From a virus, in IMG/VR virus record IMGVR_UViG_3300031962_000001, positions 28,915 to 92,914 of that record: 64,000 nucleotides of DNA. The stretch is one strand, 5' to 3'. A program made the translations under genes and the position numbers. The notes beneath the pieces are model-generated. The model searched no databases. It saw only the letters and a program-made list of their open reading frames with translations, and was not told where the DNA came from. Below are positions 10,501 to 18,582 of the stretch, in pieces (the first letter of the stretch is position 1; every line of letters begins with the position of its first letter).

Positions 10501-10825
10501 CGAGCTTAACTTGACAGCTCTGTCGGAGCTGAATGTTACGTTGCAGAAAAACTATACGCTGCTGGAACTGTTCGGCCAGCAATTAGGCAATGCACAATTG
10601 AGCTGGCCTCTGAGGAACACTCTCATCAACCAGTTCAATCTGGCGAATTCCAGCATCACGCCGTTCAAGCTTCAGGCTCTCGGCAAAGTCTACAATGTCA
10701 TATTCGCGCAGTCGGCTTCGGCGTTCAGGGCGAAATATATTCCTGGCACTGAGCCTCACGTCTATGAATTGCAGATGATTCTCCAATCCAGAAGCGACAT
10801 ATCTACAGGAGCGTTTGGGTTCTAG
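7529..10825 (+). CDS. Large modular tail/virion protein
   Basis: 1098 aa, S/T/G/A-rich with internal repeats and a Thr-rich segment. Confidence 0.6.
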   Translation: MPAVYVSSNVSGVSATTSGTLNYGTLASGQTIFLQIAAYGSGNVPSSVTDDKGNTYVQLYTQNFSTSFLGGLGGTITLYYATVKTAGNTTVTVNFASSTTWAMNAIWYLGFNTTPFTLETSASAGGTGTAPNSGATPSNATAGDLLLGLGMTDIAIGNFSNFYSAQGAGYSGSFSDSSGNNVSSIQEFQNAASTTTYSATATLQSSANWVMAVVAIKQTASVPTFVRGYGTVHSAGAGSLGLTGVTLSVGDLGIVCVKWVGTQTISTVADNLGGNVWIAVPNSYQTGAGNFSSQLWYCAKIATGGTATITVTWSATTGSMDIGGAEFTASTIDISSSSQLASSNNITISATPTSASEMLYAFFVGGASTPSILASGFTSAGAAGSFSTQGYMAAGPTGISYPATATQTAPSLFFAAIVALGPSSNSKTWNTDCYVFPFYNSKNWNTDCFVTVPQRSWNVDCYVANPSAITVALTYVSLAGQILFKINVPNGFIGLKGTLNQPVLTYVGLAATIKTQKLPASFTGLAGTIKIKPTPSYTSLKGTINNPTLKSWNSDCFVVVPARIYVSLAGTIVQKLTPTGPPVPTGAFPDSSYVGLRATILSGGSGSIQMPGSGYTTADDWYSSVDAGASYKSGSVFNLSGANLPAGGINLVVTAFTGGVTSFQTRTRNWLRRVDAANSGIVTNTQTNVHTLPNGAVITTTTVTTQNKDVLTTTVTTQSSATPTRTSTVITEKSVGGQTTVREIDTTTINGIVTNVEKKNVFSVPPTYDNPQPLKVTTLDGVIHYQFFSAINAEWAGGEQEGVTNIQTQVQIVPGTLNNSTTDAFGNPILSRVTTSTATTPDGKIITTTTTETGSSTAKDFGTTTVDTINQFNGVQKTVVTKTTYPDGSVVTSNKTTNLLTGDSTETDTETVTDEYGQVTTTVTSIDTKTFADPTTGIERQTVTKTVAVTKGGVTTIDTTVVTNNDFEDSIVSQKVKVYFIQEFTITCVIDELNLTALSELNVTLQKNYTLLELFGQQLGNAQLSWPLRNTLINQFNLANSSITPFKLQALGKVYNVIFAQSASAFRAKYIPGTEPHVYELQMILQSRSDISTGAFGF

Positions 10826-12506
10826 CATGGGAACTGGATTCCAACCTGCCATCTTTTCAGCGGCATCAGAAAATATATTGCTATCCAGTCTGTCTTCTCT
10901 GATGCCGGGAAGCACTATCTTTACAGAAGCCAACGTAGTAGCCATGACGCTGTCCTATACCGCTACGGGAGGCAGCTTCTCTATTTCATTGCTGAAGGAT
11001 ACCATAGCGCCGTCAAAGATACTTGAAGACATGCTGATAGGACTGCCGTTCGGCAGAACAGGAATCGTCAAGTCTGTATCTAGTGGCTGGAGCACTGGTG
11101 GGATGGTGGATATCCTTTCTGGCCCAGCTCTCACCCTCAATGGCACTGCGCAGACGGCCGCTCAGACTCCTCCAGACGTGCCGAACGTTGGCCCAGTTTA
11201 CGTCTCTCTAGCTGTTCTTGCCAATCAGGTTCTGTATGGATATGGTGGTGGGGGTATAATCGGTGGCACTGGACTTGGATATGGCAATGTCGTAGAATGG
11301 GCGATGCTGGTTCCGTTCATCAAGCACTTCGCGTTCAGAGGACAAGCTCTGGCTGGCTTGCAGCAAATCGCTTCGATCATGCTGGCAGACCTGATCGTCA
11401 GGAAAGACGGCTATCATTTCGTCAACGCTGGAGCCTATCCGAACGTCTCCAAGAAAATAACCATTTCACAGACAGACGTCATCAATGCCAATCAAGCCAT
11501 GGACTATTCTTCAGACGTGGCTTCCATACTTAATCCAACGCTGCTTCTCATCAACACTGGCCTCCCGCAACAATTCGTCTACGACTACGTTCACGCGCAG
11601 AAGCAGCCAAAGTTCACGGTTTCTGCAGGAGCGCCCAGCACTCTAGGAGCTACGGATTTCATACCGATACCGGATGGTTGGCTTGTAGATGGCAATTACG
11701 AAGAATGGACTCCGGCTAATCCTAGCGATCTTACCAATCCTAATGCTAGCGTCACAAATGGTAGATACTGGAAACAGTTCCCTTCTCCCACCAATCCAAA
11801 TATGATGAGAGGCATCACAAACTTCACGCGTCTGGTGAAGCAGATAGTGATACCAGGAAATGTGTCTTCTTTCATTGGCTCGCCAATTACTGGATTGACC
11901 AAACAGGGAGGGCCATTTGAATTCGCTTTCAACGATTACACTTCGAACCAGGGGATCTATGGACTAGACTCTAGTAGCAGTGCGACTGGCGTCACATTGT
12001 TTGACATCATAAGTCACCAGTTTCTTACGTTTCCAAATGCTATAGTGCTAATACCTCAGGGCGGTGGCACAAGCGGTGATGCGGCTTCTAGTTTCTACAG
12101 CATCACGATGGAACAGTGGACATTCCCGTTAGTGAACCCTCAAACTTTTACGCTTGGCACTCCACTGCCTCCTTCCAATGTCGCCATCGTGACACCGAAC
12201 TCCAATATCCAGAACGGGCAGAATGGATACTGGTTGTTGTATCTCTACAACTACCAAAAGCTCAATTCGCCGAGACTTAGAACATCGGTCGCCGCCGTCT
12301 ACAGAAATACGCTGCCTGAAGTCGGAGATCATCTGTTCGTGAACGGTTTGACGTACGCAGATTGTGGCAGAATCCAGACAGTGAACGTCAGCTTCTCCAG
12401 GACCGGCGGAGTGGTGCTCAACCTGACCGCTGAGCTCTATCAAGCCAAGAAAGGAAAATGGTCTCTCAGTCCTGGCGGAGCCGTAATTGGCGGCGGATTG
12501 CCGTAG
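10815..12506 (+). CDS. Tail tip/hub-like protein (start may be 10827)
   Basis: Position; C-terminal 'PEVGD...RIQTVNVSF' hub-like pattern. Confidence 0.5.
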   Translation: MGSSMGTGFQPAIFSAASENILLSSLSSLMPGSTIFTEANVVAMTLSYTATGGSFSISLLKDTIAPSKILEDMLIGLPFGRTGIVKSVSSGWSTGGMVDILSGPALTLNGTAQTAAQTPPDVPNVGPVYVSLAVLANQVLYGYGGGGIIGGTGLGYGNVVEWAMLVPFIKHFAFRGQALAGLQQIASIMLADLIVRKDGYHFVNAGAYPNVSKKITISQTDVINANQAMDYSSDVASILNPTLLLINTGLPQQFVYDYVHAQKQPKFTVSAGAPSTLGATDFIPIPDGWLVDGNYEEWTPANPSDLTNPNASVTNGRYWKQFPSPTNPNMMRGITNFTRLVKQIVIPGNVSSFIGSPITGLTKQGGPFEFAFNDYTSNQGIYGLDSSSSATGVTLFDIISHQFLTFPNAIVLIPQGGGTSGDAASSFYSITMEQWTFPLVNPQTFTLGTPLPPSNVAIVTPNSNIQNGQNGYWLLYLYNYQKLNSPRLRTSVAAVYRNTLPEVGDHLFVNGLTYADCGRIQTVNVSFSRTGGVVLNLTAELYQAKKGKWSLSPGGAVIGGGLP

Positions 12507-12515
12507 GAGGAAGAC

Positions 12516-12773
12516 ATGCCAGAAGGAAGCCCATTGCGTCTAGCGCTCAAACAGCTTATCCAAGAAGTACTAGACGAGAACTCAACTCAAACTACCGGAG
12601 ACTTGCAGCCAACGCAAGGAACTGTAATCAACATCAACGACGATGGTACGGTGGATGTCCAAGCATCAGATCAGACATTTTATGGAGTTGGCTATCCAGA
12701 CCCGAATGTGGTGATCGGCACGATAGTCATAGTCGTGACTGGTGACGGAGTGACGGCGGCGATACCACAATGA
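12516..12773 (+). CDS. Small tail-tip protein (OB-fold-like)
   Basis: GTVININDDGTVDV pattern; GGAGG RBS. Confidence 0.5.
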   Translation: MPEGSPLRLALKQLIQEVLDENSTQTTGDLQPTQGTVININDDGTVDVQASDQTFYGVGYPDPNVVIGTIVIVVTGDGVTAAIPQ

Positions 12774-14524
12774 GTGGACCTCTAAGAGAGAAATTCAAAG
12801 AACTGATACGAAGCAGTCTGTCATCTCAGGCTACTTTTGATACACCGACATACTCCCTTGCGAGCGTGATCAGTCTCAATGACGACGGAACGGTCTTAGC
12901 GGCAGATAGCAGGGGAAACCAATTCACAGCATTCCCAAAGTATCCGGTCGTGATTGGACAGAATGTCATACTGGTAAACGATGGCCAAGGAAATATCTCA
13001 GCTGTCCCCGTAGGCGCTTCAGTGCAGCCAACAGAAGTCATACATCCTCCATTTTTCAGCGGTAAGATTCAGACTCTATTCACTGGGCAAATTGGGCCTG
13101 GAGCTTTTGGAAACAATTCACTTTTTGACAATCAATTGGATATTCTAGTGCAACAGGCTGGTAGCAATAAAGTCATAGCCATTAGAGCTAGGGACATTCT
13201 GAAATCTGCCGATTACGCCGAAGCGCTCCTGGCAAGCCAAGCTGGGACTTGTTTTGTACCAATGGCAGTGTCTACCGATCACAGAACTATGGCGATAATT
13301 TATCCCGCTTATGTCTCTCATGATGGATACGGCACTCCTTTCTACGTGATATTTCTAGACATTTCTGGATTGACTGCTGGAAATGTATTAAGCGCCCCAC
13401 TCGGGATCTACGCTCCATCTGCTATCAAAATTATAAGTTACAATTCTGGTCCCTACTCTCCTGGACCATACTTGTTTCCTCTCAATCCGGCTACTGGACA
13501 ATCTCTAGCAACAGTCTTCGTCAGCAATTTTTCATTGGCGAGTCCTTCATTGGCGTATTTATTCTATTTTCATTCTATAGGATCAGAACTATTGGTCACT
13601 ATAGCTAATCTGGCTTCTGGACAGGGTTCGGACGTATTAGGACAAGCTGGCATAGATAGTTTTACTATACCAGCTTATCCGAATGGAAATTTTGTGGGCG
13701 ATTTGGTTTTCGGGCCTTTCCAGAATCCATTGGATCTCAGGTTCCTACTTAACTATGCTTGGTATCTTCCGAACTACCCGTTCCTCAGTGGCACAGACAA
13801 TGCAAATCAGATATTCTTGTCTATTGTGAATGCTGCGTTCGATGGAAATTCCTTGGGTATTCTACTTCAGTTAGATACTTCTCAACCATACCACCACACT
13901 GTTGGTCAGTTTCCAGGCTACATTGGAAGTTTTACTCCTGTCTACTCACCTAGTCCACTCGTCAGTCATACCAGTGATAGTACCAATGGCGCCATACTTC
14001 AGAACAATCTCGTACAAACTCAAAATTCCAATTCTGAGAACTTTTGGATAGGTCTATACAAACTAGACAATCACACTGGAACTCCTGCAATACTAAACAC
14101 GGCTCTTCTCTATAGGGGAATGGTCTCAAAACCACCGGGCTTAGACTACATCACATTGCCATTGGACAGCTCTATACAATCAGGCCCTCCCAGTGGTGGA
14201 ATTGCTCCTAACACTCAAAGAACCATACTTCCCACCCAGATGGCGGTGATAAATACAAAATTCTATGCGATAGACTATTCTGACTGCGATGTCTCTGGTG
14301 GAACCTACTGGCTGCCGAAACTGTATCAGTTATCAGAGTTTCAAGGTCCTCTAGGAACTACTCTCACTCTGCCAAGCATCCCATCGAAACCAGCGCCCAT
14401 CCTAAGAAATATCAGCCCCGGATTTGTAGACCAAGACGCTATCAGACTATTTTCTAAATCTATAGACGGAACAGGATTGTATCAGTATTTGAACATATTC
14501 AAGATGGAAATGGCAAAACCATAA
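12770..14524 (+). CDS. Putative receptor-binding/tail spike protein
   Basis: N-terminus paralogous to preceding gene; remainder visibly more AT-rich; last tail gene. Confidence 0.5.
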   Translation: MSGPLREKFKELIRSSLSSQATFDTPTYSLASVISLNDDGTVLAADSRGNQFTAFPKYPVVIGQNVILVNDGQGNISAVPVGASVQPTEVIHPPFFSGKIQTLFTGQIGPGAFGNNSLFDNQLDILVQQAGSNKVIAIRARDILKSADYAEALLASQAGTCFVPMAVSTDHRTMAIIYPAYVSHDGYGTPFYVIFLDISGLTAGNVLSAPLGIYAPSAIKIISYNSGPYSPGPYLFPLNPATGQSLATVFVSNFSLASPSLAYLFYFHSIGSELLVTIANLASGQGSDVLGQAGIDSFTIPAYPNGNFVGDLVFGPFQNPLDLRFLLNYAWYLPNYPFLSGTDNANQIFLSIVNAAFDGNSLGILLQLDTSQPYHHTVGQFPGYIGSFTPVYSPSPLVSHTSDSTNGAILQNNLVQTQNSNSENFWIGLYKLDNHTGTPAILNTALLYRGMVSKPPGLDYITLPLDSSIQSGPPSGGIAPNTQRTILPTQMAVINTKFYAIDYSDCDVSGGTYWLPKLYQLSEFQGPLGTTLTLPSIPSKPAPILRNISPGFVDQDAIRLFSKSIDGTGLYQYLNIFKMEMAKP

Positions 14525-14533
14525 GGAGGCAGT

Positions 14534-14953
14534 ATGAACAATCAGACAGCACAACAATTAGTAGCACTCATTTCACAGTATTTTTCAAGTGGAACGCTGG
14601 CGGTCGTTATTGTCGCTGTAGTTCAATGGATTAAAGACAGTCCGCTTTTCCCGAAGATTACTCAAGACACGACAAGAATCAATCAGGTTCTTGGAGCGGT
14701 GCTCGCATTCTTTGCTTCTGTAGGCGTTTCGTGGGGTGTGACCGGACATGTCGTATCGATAACATTCGACTATATTATCGTGCTCCACGGATTATGGCAT
14801 TGGGTTCAACAGCTGGCTCTTCAGCATTTCGTCTATCATGGGTTCCTGAAACCGACAATCCTGCAGAAACAGCTCTTAGATAAAGTGACACCAGCGTCTA
14901 ATCCTCCTGTTTCTCCTGCTCCAGCTCCGACCAACTTGAAAACTAATCGCTAG
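14534..14953 (+). CDS. Holin-like membrane protein
   Basis: 2-3 hydrophobic segments; end of structural module. Confidence 0.5.
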   Translation: MNNQTAQQLVALISQYFSSGTLAVVIVAVVQWIKDSPLFPKITQDTTRINQVLGAVLAFFASVGVSWGVTGHVVSITFDYIIVLHGLWHWVQQLALQHFVYHGFLKPTILQKQLLDKVTPASNPPVSPAPAPTNLKTNR

Positions 14954-14984
14954 GGAGCTCCTAGGAACGTTTTAGAAATTCCCA

Positions 14985-15010
14985 GCCTTACCCTACGTAG
15001 GAAAATTTAT
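14985..15010. repeat. 26-bp dispersed repeat, copy 1 (palindromic core CCTACGTAGG)
   Basis: GCCTTACCCTACGTAGGAAAATTTAT, 25/26 identical to 61190-61215. Confidence 0.85.
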
Positions 15011-15129
15011 TCTGCGCCAGTGGCCGCTGGTATCGTGGCAAAGTCCATTCTGGATTGCGATTTCCGCCGCCTAGGACGGCTTAAACCGGGCCTAGGGAAC
15101 TCCTCGTCTGGTGAAGAAAACCTCTCCAG

Positions 15130-15141
15130 TCGTGTTTCATA
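15130..15141 (+). promoter_or_regulatory. Phage promoter-like motif TCGTGTTTCATA
   Basis: Five exact copies, each 14-18 nt before a start codon. Confidence 0.7.
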
Positions 15142-15158
15142 GTAGTAGGGAGAGGTAG

Positions 15159-15485
15159 ATGCTAGAAAACAGGGAAGTTCCAATCAGCAAGCTGACCACT
15201 GGGCAGGACTTCACGCTCGTGCTGAACGCCACTAGCAAAAGACGCATCAAAGGCCGATTAGTAGACCTCAGCTCTTGCAGCGCCACAGTGATTCTGGACA
15301 ATACTCTCAGTGAAAAGCTTCACTGGTCTACCAACAAGAGGCTTCACTGGTCCGTGAATACTCCCGTGATTCCTGGCAATAACATCAGAAAGAGATTCCC
15401 CAGAACTCCTGAGCGGTTCCCACGATCTCCGGTTTACAGATATCCGAGACTGCGAAAAGGCGAAGTGATGAGGTATCCACGATGA
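15159..15485 (+). CDS. Small protein with four C-terminal R[FY]PR repeats
   Basis: RBS; ATGA coupling to helicase. Confidence 0.7.
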   Translation: MLENREVPISKLTTGQDFTLVLNATSKRRIKGRLVDLSSCSATVILDNTLSEKLHWSTNKRLHWSVNTPVIPGNNIRKRFPRTPERFPRSPVYRYPRLRKGEVMRYPR

Positions 15486-16966
15486 TTCGCCTGTACGCTT
15501 ACGATTCGCAGACGTTCTTTGAAGGAAAGAAATACGAGCTAGAAGAGCTATACCAGTTTCTGCGTATCGAAGACAAGAACCAGTTCTGGAAGGCGCGGTA
15601 TCTTCTCAAGAAATTCGCGTATTTCAGAAGCGTCGAAGACGAAGCTAAGCGAAGCAAAGAAATCGAAAAAATCCATGAACAAGCCAAATGGATGAAATTC
15701 TACGATGGGCGCTCCAAGTCGTTCTTGTCAGGATTGCTGCCAAGAGTCTTAAAGCAGCTTAAGAAAAACGATATCCGATTCAAACTTGAAGACAACAGAA
15801 CCAAATTCGACAAGGAATTCAAGCCTATAAAGAAATTCAGCTTCGATGTAGAATTCCGTCCAGAGCAAGTCGTGGCTGTGAACGCCGCTCTGAAACGCAA
15901 GCGAGGAATTCTACACTGTGCGACAAATGCTGGCAAGACGGCGATGGCGGCAGCTATAATCACGGAATACGAAAAGCTCTTTGGTATGCCAAAAGTCCTG
16001 TATCTTGTCCACAGAGTTCAGCTTGTCAATCAGACCGCTAAGAGGTTCAAGGAATATTTCGATATTCCGGTAGAAACCATCGGCGCTGGAAAGAAGAAGA
16101 TTCCTAAGACTGGCGTTTTGTCTGCTACAGTCCAGACTGCGAGCAAGCTGCTTGACGAGGATGACAGGTTTGACAAATTTCTGGAAAATTGCAACATCAT
16201 GTTCATCGACGAGTTTCATACGAACAAGGCGAGGCTCTGCACAGAGATTGCGAAAGCCTGTTTCGCTCCGATGCGCTTCGGTCTATCAGGCACGATAGAT
16301 GAAGACAACATGGTCAAGATGATGCACTACAAGGGAATCACTGGGCCAATCGTAGCGAGAGTCAGCAATGAGGAGCTCGTAAATCTAGGAAGATCTGCTA
16401 GACCGATAGCGAGGTTCGTAGAAGTGGACGCTCCGACAGTACCGAAGAGCCTGAAATACACTGGAGCTTATAGATTCGGTATCGTGCGCAACGAAGTGCG
16501 AAATTCATTAGTGCTAAGCGAGGTGCTTGGCCATCTTGACAAGGAACGCTCGGTTCTAGTCACTGTCGCCAGAATCAAGCATGGCATTATCCTGAAGAAA
16601 TTGCTGGAATCTAAGATAGACGTGCCAGTAAAATTCTTATCTGGAAGCACGCCGATACCAGTCAGGAATAAAGTGATAGGTAAATTCAGGAAAGGGAAAG
16701 TTTCAGTGCTGATTGCAAGCCCAATCTTTGACACAGGCGTCGATATTCCAGAAATAGACAGCTGGGTCAATGCGGCCGGAGGCAAAGGCTGGGAGCTAGT
16801 CTTGCAGAGGCTTGGCAGAGTCTTGCGCAAGAAGAAAGGAGAGAATCGAGTCTACATTTCGGACTTCGTCGATAAGCACAATCGGTATTTGATGAAACAC
16901 TCGCTGGCGAGAATCGAGCACTATCAGAAGGAAAAGATTGTAGAAATAGAAATCGTCGGAGACTAA
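15482..16966 (+). CDS. Superfamily 2 helicase (UvsW-like)
   Basis: ATNAGKT, DEFH, SGT, TGVDIP and QRLGRVLR motifs. Confidence 0.9.
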   Translation: MIRLYAYDSQTFFEGKKYELEELYQFLRIEDKNQFWKARYLLKKFAYFRSVEDEAKRSKEIEKIHEQAKWMKFYDGRSKSFLSGLLPRVLKQLKKNDIRFKLEDNRTKFDKEFKPIKKFSFDVEFRPEQVVAVNAALKRKRGILHCATNAGKTAMAAAIITEYEKLFGMPKVLYLVHRVQLVNQTAKRFKEYFDIPVETIGAGKKKIPKTGVLSATVQTASKLLDEDDRFDKFLENCNIMFIDEFHTNKARLCTEIAKACFAPMRFGLSGTIDEDNMVKMMHYKGITGPIVARVSNEELVNLGRSARPIARFVEVDAPTVPKSLKYTGAYRFGIVRNEVRNSLVLSEVLGHLDKERSVLVTVARIKHGIILKKLLESKIDVPVKFLSGSTPIPVRNKVIGKFRKGKVSVLIASPIFDTGVDIPEIDSWVNAAGGKGWELVLQRLGRVLRKKKGENRVYISDFVDKHNRYLMKHSLARIEHYQKEKIVEIEIVGD

Positions 16967-16967
16967 G

Positions 16968-17153
16968 ATGCTTAAAGTCTGTCAGTTTTGCAAGTATCCG
17001 TTCGTGAGTCCTGTCATCATCAAGGACAAGATATACGAAGACGGAACGCACTATCAGCAAATCTCGTGCCGAATGTGCGGAGCGACTGTCGAAGTGACGA
17101 TGAAAATTTTGCATGGGCCAGTCAGGAAGATAGAACCAAACAGCAGCACCTAG
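16968..17153 (+). CDS. Small zinc-finger protein
   Basis: Two CxxC pairs. Confidence 0.55.
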   Translation: MLKVCQFCKYPFVSPVIIKDKIYEDGTHYQQISCRMCGATVEVTMKILHGPVRKIEPNSST

Positions 17154-17162
17154 GAGGAAGAA

Positions 17163-17552
17163 ATGACAATTCAGCAGCCGGACAGGAAGACGGTATTTGA
17201 CTTGGAGCAAATCATCAAAAGATGTTTTGAAGAATCTACGAAAGCTGGTGACATTCAAGTTTTGGACGAACACAATACTGAAATAGCTACGTTCGAAGTT
17301 CCAGCTTTGGAAGATAGAACCAACATAACTCTTTTGGTCAACATCGACAATGTCGCTATTCACATTTCTAGGACTATCATCGGCGAGCTTTACGAGCTGG
17401 AAGTCGTGAGGAAACTGGCCCCGTTCTTTCGGCAGTTCCGGAGCATGGAGCGAGACTTGATGTATCTTGAGGAACGCCAAGCTGCCGATACCGCAATGCT
17501 TGGACTCAGGATCACTCCTCCAGAACCTGCAAAGAAGGAGGAGAAGCCATGA
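17163..17552 (+). CDS. Hypothetical protein
   Basis: AGGAGG RBS. Confidence 0.6.
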   Translation: MTIQQPDRKTVFDLEQIIKRCFEESTKAGDIQVLDEHNTEIATFEVPALEDRTNITLLVNIDNVAIHISRTIIGELYELEVVRKLAPFFRQFRSMERDLMYLEERQAADTAMLGLRITPPEPAKKEEKP

Positions 17553-17680
17553 AACCGAAAGTATGGTGGCAAGATGAGGAAATATTCGAGCAGTACAAGC
17601 GCAGGAAGAAGCGAGTGCTCAAAAAGCTGAAGGCGAAAATGAAGATCGTGTTCAAGAAGAAACACAAGAAAGAGGAATAA
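17549..17680 (+). CDS. Small basic protein (43 aa, not in ORF track)
   Basis: AGGAGG RBS, ATGA overlap; MKPKVWW...KKKHKKEE. Confidence 0.55.
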   Translation: MKPKVWWQDEEIFEQYKRRKKRVLKKLKAKMKIVFKKKHKKEE

Positions 17681-17684
17681 ATTT

Positions 17685-17895
17685 CCTCACGCGTATATAT
17701 GTAGCGATCACGATCGCGTACGTGATCACGTACATAGTTCGTCCAAATTTAGCTCAGCTCGACTAAAGTCTCGCTGATACTCTAAGATATTGCTCGCTTA
17801 CTCCGTAAGCTCGCTAATATCTTAGAGTATCTTCAAATAAAGAATACGTGAACTGTCGGTAATGTAACGTGAACTCTCACAGATGTAACGCCGGG
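17685..17895. other. Palindrome-rich intergenic region, candidate replication origin
   Basis: 16-bp palindrome at 17718-17733; 16-bp inverted arms 17776-17791/17816-17831; upstream of helicase and primase. Confidence 0.5.
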
Positions 17896-17902
17896 GGCGA
17901 AA

Positions 17903-18553
17903 ATGCGTCGTCGCAGAAGAAAAAAGCCGCGTCGGTTTCCTAGACTCGATGTTCCGCTAGAGCTTAGGCACTACGAAAGAATCTTGAGAAGTGTATACAA
18001 CGAGTTAGCAATCAGACGCGACAAGCGGAAAATGTTTTTCCAGTTCGATGTTTACAGGACTAAGAGAGCTGGCAGAGCGGCAATCGCGTTTCTGGATTTG
18101 GCAAAGCTCCTCAAGAATCACAATATCGATCCTGGCTTGTATTTGAAAATCATGTGCAGATATGGCAAGTACAAAGAATCCACGTGGATGCCAAGTCCAG
18201 TGTGGCTTGCTAAAAAATCTACGCTGGAAAATTTCAAATGGGTCTATCGTAGGGAAGAGAGAAGTTATCCTTTGCATCTGCAATTCAAAAAGGAAATTTC
18301 TGGCTGGAGTATTTTCGACATCTACGCTTCGGTTAGAGATTCTGCAAGCATGTATCGGGACGCAGTCGAAAAAGTCGGGCTGCATCCGGACATGGCGACG
18401 GTTATGCTCAAGAAAGATCTGAGTCCATGGTTCATGGCAACGTCGCTTCTGATTTCTAAGGACAGCAAAGATTTCCTAGAATGCCTAGACCTGCTACGTA
18501 AAAACAAGAAGCTAAAAAAACTTGTGTTCAAGGCGTACAAGAAATCTTTCTAG
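17903..18553 (+). CDS. Basic protein, possible initiator or helicase loader
   Basis: Between putative origin and DnaB; Arg-rich N-terminus with RFPR. Confidence 0.5.
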   Translation: MRRRRRKKPRRFPRLDVPLELRHYERILRSVYNELAIRRDKRKMFFQFDVYRTKRAGRAAIAFLDLAKLLKNHNIDPGLYLKIMCRYGKYKESTWMPSPVWLAKKSTLENFKWVYRREERSYPLHLQFKKEISGWSIFDIYASVRDSASMYRDAVEKVGLHPDMATVMLKKDLSPWFMATSLLISKDSKDFLECLDLLRKNKKLKKLVFKAYKKSF

Positions 18554-18565
18554 TCGTGTTTCATA
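18554..18565 (+). promoter_or_regulatory. TCGTGTTTCATA motif
   Basis: Exact copy before dnaB RBS. Confidence 0.7.
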
Positions 18566-18582
18566 TAGCTAGGGAGGAAGGC

